From a bacterium (lineage in GTDB: Bacteria; Acidobacteriota; Blastocatellia; HR10): a stretch of DNA of 41,619 nt. Of the stretch, positions 36,995 to 41,619 are shown piece after piece; within the stretch, counting starts at the first letter, position 1; each line of letters starts with the position of its first letter. The notes under the pieces are model-generated. The model made no database searches, had not been told where the DNA came from, and saw only the letters and a program-made list of their open reading frames with translations. A program made the position numbers and the translations under genes. The stretch lies in NCBI GenBank assembly GCA_041640655.1, contig JBEPZV010000020.1, positions 781 to 42,399 on the forward strand. Direction: 5' to 3'.

Positions 36995-37720
36995 TCACCG
37001 ACGCCAGAGGCGGTAATCCTCGCCCTCGATGACGACGAGCCGGCACATCTCGTGCAGGCGCGAGCGCAGGCGCTCGCCGATGCGGTCGGTGAGCGTCTCC
37101 TTGGTGGAACTGGTCGAGACGTCGAGGAAGTTCGAGGTGAAGATCGTGATCCGCTTCTGATTGTAGCGCGTGTTGATGATCTGCGTCATGGTGTCCTGCA
37201 CCCATTCGGTCGGCTTCGCCGCTCCCAGTTCATCGAGCACGAGCACTTCGGCCTCGTAGATCGGCGCCAGAATGCGCAGTTCGCTCGTTTGAGAGATCGG
37301 GTTGTAGCTGTCCTGAATCTCTTTCAGCAGATCGCGGAAGTCATAGAAGAGGCAGGGGACCAGCTTTTGCCGTATCAGCTCCTTGATCGTGGCCACCGCC
37401 AGATGCGTCTTCCCCACGCCGCATGGGCCGATGATCAAAAGCCCGCGATCCACATTGGGGTAATCTTCGACCAGACGCTGGCAGATGTACACGGCGGCTT
37501 GCTGCGTGCTGTTTTGCCGTTCGTAGTTGTGGAATCCGCACTCGGCGTATCGCGGGGGGATGCGGGCGGCTGCGAGCAGTCGCTGGATCGTCCTTTGCAG
37601 ATCCTGAGTCCGACAGCGGCATCGGCGAACCGTCCGCTCGGCGACGTATTCCCACCCCGTGTCCTGGCAGTAGGGGCACGTCACCGTCGGGGATGATGCC
37701 TTTTCACCTGTCGTCCGCAT
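36995..37720 (-). CDS. DnaC/DnaI/IstB-like AAA+ ATPase with N-terminal Zn-binding motif
   Basis: [20 protein letters not shown], Walker [12 protein letters not shown], Walker B LVLDELG, IINTRY, TSN and RLRSRL.EM. ATG 37720 lies downstream of the promoter. Confidence 0.88.
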   Translation of the reverse strand: MRTTGEKASSPTVTCPYCQDTGWEYVAERTVRRCRCRTQDLQRTIQRLLAAARIPPRYAECGFHNYERQNSTQQAAVYICQRLVEDYPNVDRGLLIIGPCGVGKTHLAVATIKELIRQKLVPCLFYDFRDLLKEIQDSYNPISQTSELRILAPIYEAEVLVLDELGAAKPTEWVQDTMTQIINTRYNQKRITIFTSNFLDVSTSSTKETLTDRIGERLRSRLHEMCRLVVIEGEDYRLWRR

Positions 37721-37748
37721 CGCAATCCTCGCAATCCTCGCAATCCTC
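37721..37748. repeat. 9-bp tandem repeat x3 directly upstream of the ATPase start codon
   Basis: cgcaatcct x3; on the minus strand gAGGATTGCG AGGATTGCG AGGATTGCG ATG. Confidence 0.9.
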
Positions 37749-37775
37749 TTTAAAGCGAGTCTAAGAGCGGGGCTT

Positions 37776-37804
37776 ATTATAGTCGGTCGGGCATCCGGAC
37801 GCAA
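37776..37804 (-). promoter_or_regulatory. Sigma70 promoter of the DnaC-like gene
   Basis: Minus strand TTGCGT-N17-TATAAT. Confidence 0.75.
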
Positions 37805-37977
37805 TTCACGCCCTACCCGCTCATGCGGGGCGAGGCTCTGAACCCATGGAGACGGCAGGCGCCGGGAGCCCGCGCATCGTGATCTTCAGACGGCTGCCCT
37901 CCTGAGGGAGTGAGGGAGACCCCCAGGACGCGGATCTGCTCACGCTCATCTGCGCCGGCGTTCGCCAAAAATTGCCC

Positions 37978-38006
37978 TTGTCATTCCGAAAAAATCAGTG
38001 TAAACT
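37978..38006 (+). promoter_or_regulatory. Sigma70 promoter upstream of the structured leader and adhesin gene
   Basis: TTGTCA(37978-83)-N17-TAAACT(38001-06), with an A-tract upstream. Confidence 0.75.
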
Positions 38007-38014
38007 CGGCCCCC

Positions 38015-38160
38015 CTGGGCGGCCAGGAACGCCGAACGGAGCAAGGCGCGGTCACGAGATGAGACGAGCGCGCCATGCGAAGACATCTTCATAAGTCGGC
38101 ATGGCGTTTCCCGGCGCGGCTTGGATGCCCCCGTGGGGGCTCACTCGAGGCCGCCCCAGG
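38015..38160 (+). ncRNA. Candidate structured RNA or 5' leader, unassigned family
   Basis: Terminal stem CCTGGGCGGCC / GGCCGCCCCAGG encloses several internal helices; begins about at the expected transcription start. Confidence 0.4.
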
Positions 38161-38188
38161 AGCTTGGATTGATTTTGGAGGGAGGACG

Positions 38189-41100
38189 ATGAGGCGAGCG
38201 GTCATTGTCTTGCTCATCGCGGTAGTGGGGGGTATTGGAGCAGCAAGGGCCGTCCGGATGGATCGAGGAGCCCTCCGGGGATCGAAGCCCTCGCGCGTGA
38301 AGATCGTCGAGTCGGGGCATCCATGGATCCTTTTGGAGGGGGGGACTGAGCTGCCGGTGCTCTATGTGGGAGCGAGCCTCTCCCAGAGCGCGCTCGAGCG
38401 GTTGTGGGTGCGGCCGACCGCTTTGACCGCCGCCGATTTCGATGAAGATGGAATGCCGGATCTTGTGGCCGGATATGCGGGACCGGCCGGTGGCCTGGTG
38501 GCCGTTCATCGGGGCAATGTGGATTTCCTCTGGCCGAACAGTGTCGAGGCGCAGGCTCGGAGGGCGGCCGGACAGTTCACGGACGCGCCGTTTTGGCCGG
38601 AGGTGCGGGTCTTCGAGCTTCCCGAGCCACCGGAGTTTTTGGGGGCAGGCGATTTCGATGCCGACGGGCATGCTGATGTCATAGCGGCCGCGCGCGGGGG
38701 ACAAAGGCTCTATTGGCTGCGCGGGGATGGGCGAGGTGAGATGCGCGAACTTCAGGCGCTCGACCTGCCGGGATCGGTGACCGCCCTCGCCGTCGGAGAG
38801 ATCTATCGAGCTGATGGTTTGGAAGACGTCGCTGTTGGAGTCACCGGACCTGAAGGATCGCAGGTTCTCATCTTCGCGGGTCCAGATGGAGCTCTGCGGG
38901 AGGAACCCGAGCGGCTCCGTGTGCCGGAAGAGGTGACGGCGCTGGCTCTCGGGCAGTTGGACGAGCATTACGCGTTCGATCTCGCCATCGCGGCGGGCCA
39001 TCAGGTGCTGATCGTGTACGGGCGCGACCGGCACGCTTCGCCCCTGGAGGCGATCCCCGCACCTCGAGTAGATTCGCTCTCCCTCCCGGTTCGCGCTCTC
39101 GCGTTGGCGCTCGGGGACTTCCTCTGGGATGAGGAGCATCGGACGGAGGTCGCTGTCCTCGGAGAGGATGGGATCGTGCACGTGTTCGCTCGAACATCCT
39201 CATCGGACGTCCATACCGCGTCCTGGCGCATGATCGCCTCTCCATTCGGCGAGGAAGTCGTGGCGGATGTTTCATCGCGACTTCCTGAGAGGAGCTCCCG
39301 ATTGGTGCGGGCGAAAGTCTCCAGTGCGCCAACAGATGATCTGATCCTACTGGCTCCTCAGAGCCGGCGCGTCTCTCTCCTCGCAAATGTCGCATCCATC
39401 GCGGAGTCGGCGGTGCACTCTTCACGGGACGCGCTGCCGGCTTCGGTACGGACGGTGCTCGAAGCCGATGGGGCTGTTGTGGCGGTGCTCCCCATGCGGC
39501 TGAATCGGGATGCGTTGAGCGACTTGGTCATCTTGTATGAGGGGGCGAGCGCTCCGGTCGTCTTTGTGACGGCTTCCCATGCGACCTTTGTCGTCAACGA
39601 CACGGGGAATGCTCCTGATTCCGTTCCGGGTAATGGCATCTGTGAGATAGTCTCTGGGACCGGGGTCTGTACGCTGCGCGCAGCCATTCAGGAGGCGAAT
39701 GCTCATCTCGGGCCTGACACGATCGAGTTCGATATTCCTGGGAGCGGCCAGCATACGATTGCTCCAACTGCTCCAACAGTGCTGCCGACGATCACTGAAG
39801 CGGTGACTATTGACGCGACGATGGAGAACGCCTGCGGGCAACCCCGGTGCGTCGAGCTCAACGGAGCGACCGCGGGGGCCAACGCGGATGGATTGAGCAT
39901 CTCGGCCGGAAACAGCGTCGTGCGAGGGCTCGCGATTAATCGCTTCCGACGATACGGGATCCGGTTGTTCACAAATGGAGGGAACATTATCGAAGGGAAC
40001 TTCATCGGGACCGATGTGAGTGGCACCAATGATCGCGGGAACTCTAACGATGGTGTGCACATTGAGACGCCCAACAACGTGATCGGGGGGACGGTCGCGA
40101 GCGCGCGCAACGTCATCTCGGGGAATGGCAACGATGGCGTGGAGATCAGTGGGAGTGCGGCGAGCGGGAACGCCGTGCGCGGCAATTTCATCGGGACGAC
40201 AGCCACCGGCGCGGGAGCTTTGGGAAATAGCGAGCGGGGGGTCTACATCAATGGTGCTCCCAGCAACGTGATTGGTGGGACAGTCGCAGGCGCGCGCAAT
40301 GTCATCTCAGGCAGTGCCACGAATGATGGTGTGGAGATCAATGGGAATGCGGCGAGTGGGAACCTGGTGCAAGGGAATTTCATCGGGACCGATGCGAGCG
40401 GTACAACCGATTTAGGGAATGACGTGGATGGCGTACGGGTCACCGGTGCACCCGGGAATACGATTGGTGGGACGGCGTCTGGAGCGCGCAATGTCATCTC
40501 GGGGAATAACAACGATGGTGTGGAGATCAATGCGGCGGGTGGGAACCTGGTGCAGGGGAATTTCATCGGGACCGATGCGGCGGGAACTGGAGCGCTCGGT
40601 AACAGTGCGCATGGAGTGCGCGTCTCCTCGGCCTCCAATAATACGATCGGGGGAGCGGGTGCTGGTAATGTCATCGCCTTCAATGGCGGCGATGGGGTAT
40701 TCATCGCTTCCGGCACCGGGAATCGCATTCAGCAGAATTCGATCTTCTCCAATACGGGCCTGGGGATTGATCTCGGACCGGACGGCGTGACCCCCAATGA
40801 CGCGGGTGATCCCGACACGGGGGCGAACAATCGGCAGAACTTTCCCGTGCTCACCTCCGTCTTCTCCGGCTCCGGGACCACGTTCATTCAGGGTTCGATT
40901 GATTCCACGACGGCCAACTCAGCTTATCCCATTCTTATCGAGTTTTTCTATAGCCCGTCGTGTGACCCATCCGGCCATGGGGAGGGACAGACGTTCTTCG
41001 GGTCCACGTCGGTGAGCGGGCCGGGCTCATTCAGCGTCACGCTCCCGGTCCCAGTCCCAACCGGCCAACAGGTGACGGCGACGGCCACCGACAACAACGG

Positions 41101-41619
41101 GAATACGTCTGAGTTCTCCGCGTGTGTGACCGTACAACCGGCGGCCCGGTTGATTGTGCGGAAGGAGATGGTGGGGGGGACGGCGACGTTCACGTTCACG
41201 GGGACGCCCAGTGGGACGATCAGTGTGGATGGGGGGACGTTGACGGCGGAGGTGGTGCCGGGGACGTACACGAGCACGGAGGGTGCGGTGAGCGGGTGGG
41301 ATTTGGTGAGCATCAGTTGCAGCGATAGCGACAGCACGGGGAATGTGGGGACGCGGACGGCGACGTTTGTGGCGGGGGCTGGGGAGGTGATCACGTGCAC
41401 GTTTCGGAATGTGAAGCGGGCGACGTTGGTTGTGCGGAAGGAGATGGTGGGGGGGACGGCGACGTTCACGTTCACGGGGACGCCCAGTGGGACGATCAGT
41501 GTGGATGGGGGGACGTTGACGGCGGAGGTGGTGCCGGGGACGTACGCGAGCACGGAGGGTGCGGTGAGCGGGTGGGATTTGGTGAGCATCAGTTGCAGCG
41601 ACAGCGACAGCACGGGGAA
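38189..41619 (+). CDS. Large secreted or surface adhesin-like protein (FG-GAP-like propeller, CSLREA domain, beta-helix, Ig/prealbumin-like repeats); 3' end runs off the window
   Basis: Missing from the ORF track because there is no stop in the window. SD GGAGG, then MRRAVIVLLIAVVGGIGAARA; ADFDEDGMPDLV and GDFDADGHADV; TFVVNDTG..CTLRAAIQEAN; GNFIGT repeats; GANNRQNFP; GNTSEFSAC; 92-aa repeats. Frame checked at 39668, 39995 and 41162. Confidence 0.9.
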   Translation, partial: MRRAVIVLLIAVVGGIGAARAVRMDRGALRGSKPSRVKIVESGHPWILLEGGTELPVLYVGASLSQSALERLWVRPTALTAADFDEDGMPDLVAGYAGPAGGLVAVHRGNVDFLWPNSVEAQARRAAGQFTDAPFWPEVRVFELPEPPEFLGAGDFDADGHADVIAAARGGQRLYWLRGDGRGEMRELQALDLPGSVTALAVGEIYRADGLEDVAVGVTGPEGSQVLIFAGPDGALREEPERLRVPEEVTALALGQLDEHYAFDLAIAAGHQVLIVYGRDRHASPLEAIPAPRVDSLSLPVRALALALGDFLWDEEHRTEVAVLGEDGIVHVFARTSSSDVHTASWRMIASPFGEEVVADVSSRLPERSSRLVRAKVSSAPTDDLILLAPQSRRVSLLANVASIAESAVHSSRDALPASVRTVLEADGAVVAVLPMRLNRDALSDLVILYEGASAPVVFVTASHATFVVNDTGNAPDSVPGNGICEIVSGTGVCTLRAAIQEANAHLGPDTIEFDIPGSGQHTIAPTAPTVLPTITEAVTIDATMENACGQPRCVELNGATAGANADGLSISAGNSVVRGLAINRFRRYGIRLFTNGGNIIEGNFIGTDVSGTNDRGNSNDGVHIETPNNVIGGTVASARNVISGNGNDGVEISGSAASGNAVRGNFIGTTATGAGALGNSERGVYINGAPSNVIGGTVAGARNVISGSATNDGVEINGNAASGNLVQGNFIGTDASGTTDLGNDVDGVRVTGAPGNTIGGTASGARNVISGNNNDGVEINAAGGNLVQGNFIGTDAAGTGALGNSAHGVRVSSASNNTIGGAGAGNVIAFNGGDGVFIASGTGNRIQQNSIFSNTGLGIDLGPDGVTPNDAGDPDTGANNRQNFPVLTSVFSGSGTTFIQGSIDSTTANSAYPILIEFFYSPSCDPSGHGEGQTFFGSTSVSGPGSFSVTLPVPVPTGQQVTATATDNNGNTSEFSACVTVQPAARLIVRKEMVGGTATFTFTGTPSGTISVDGGTLTAEVVPGTYTSTEGAVSGWDLVSISCSDSDSTGNVGTRTATFVAGAGEVITCTFRNVKRATLVVRKEMVGGTATFTFTGTPSGTISVDGGTLTAEVVPGTYASTEGAVSGWDLVSISCSDSDSTG
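39995..40660 (+). repeat. Degenerate ~62-aa beta-helix repeats inside the adhesin
   Basis: GNFIGT starts at 39995, 40181, 40373 and 40556 (periods 186, 192, 183 bp), with the consensus GNFIGT..GN..DGV..N.IGGT..ARNVISG..DGVEI. Confidence 0.85.
41149..41619 (+). repeat. 276-bp in-frame tandem repeat (92 aa); second copy truncated by the window end
   Basis: Copy 1 is 41149-41424 and copy 2 starts at 41425; I count 3 mismatches in the 195 comparable nt. Confidence 0.95.

Noticed and set aside
36995..37720. IS21 element
   Set aside because: IstB-like ATPase only; no IstA transposase, terminal inverted repeats or target duplication seen.
37805..37975. Short hairpins (CCCGC-TCAT-GCGGG, CCCTC-CT-GAGGG) as 6S RNA or another ncRNA
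   Set aside because: No long irregular rod with a central bubble, no promoter or terminator bracketing it, and short stems are expected in GC-rich DNA.
38141..41613. Minus-strand ORFs listed in the track across the right end
   Set aside because: They are shadows of the single long plus-strand adhesin ORF starting at 38189.
41149..41619. Near-identical repeats as a diversity-generating retroelement TR/VR pair (two of three differences are A to G)
   Set aside because: They are in-frame tandem domain repeats with only three differences, one not at an A, and no reverse transcriptase is visible in the window.

Overview
GC-rich bacterial chromosomal window, probably from an Acidobacteriota (Blastocatellia-like) genome; this is inferred from gene content (acidobacterial-type VWA protein, ECF/ZAS/DUF4097 module, FG-GAP+CSLREA surface protein). 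Left to right: a partial acyl carrier protein gene; a complex I operon nuoABCDEFGH-JKLMN that lacks nuoI; three exported peptidases (an M16B pair and an S9); a hypothetical secreted protein directly behind tRNA-Met(CAT); a heptad-repeat coiled-coil protein; a coupled OGG1-like glycosylase plus MutY with an intact Nudix box; an M28 peptidase; an LpxL-type acyltransferase; a VWA protein, suhB and two small ORFs; an ECF sigma/anti-sigma/DUF4097 operon divergent from an RpoD-like sigma factor; mgtC, an amidohydrolase and a transaldolase; a DnaC/IstB-like ATPase; and a large adhesin-like ORF (38189 to the window end, absent from the ORF track) behind a highly structured leader. I found no transposase, integrase or CRISPR array. 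Many near-consensus sigma70 promoters are readable and help fix start codons. Best candidates for new biology: a symmetric AAC-N16-CGTT ECF-type element between the two sigma genes (possible sigma cascade), the structured RNA at about 38015-38160, a two-gene oxidised-guanine repair unit, and a NuoG with an extra 4Fe-4S motif in an operon lacking nuoI. All calls come from manual motif reading; no database search was run.
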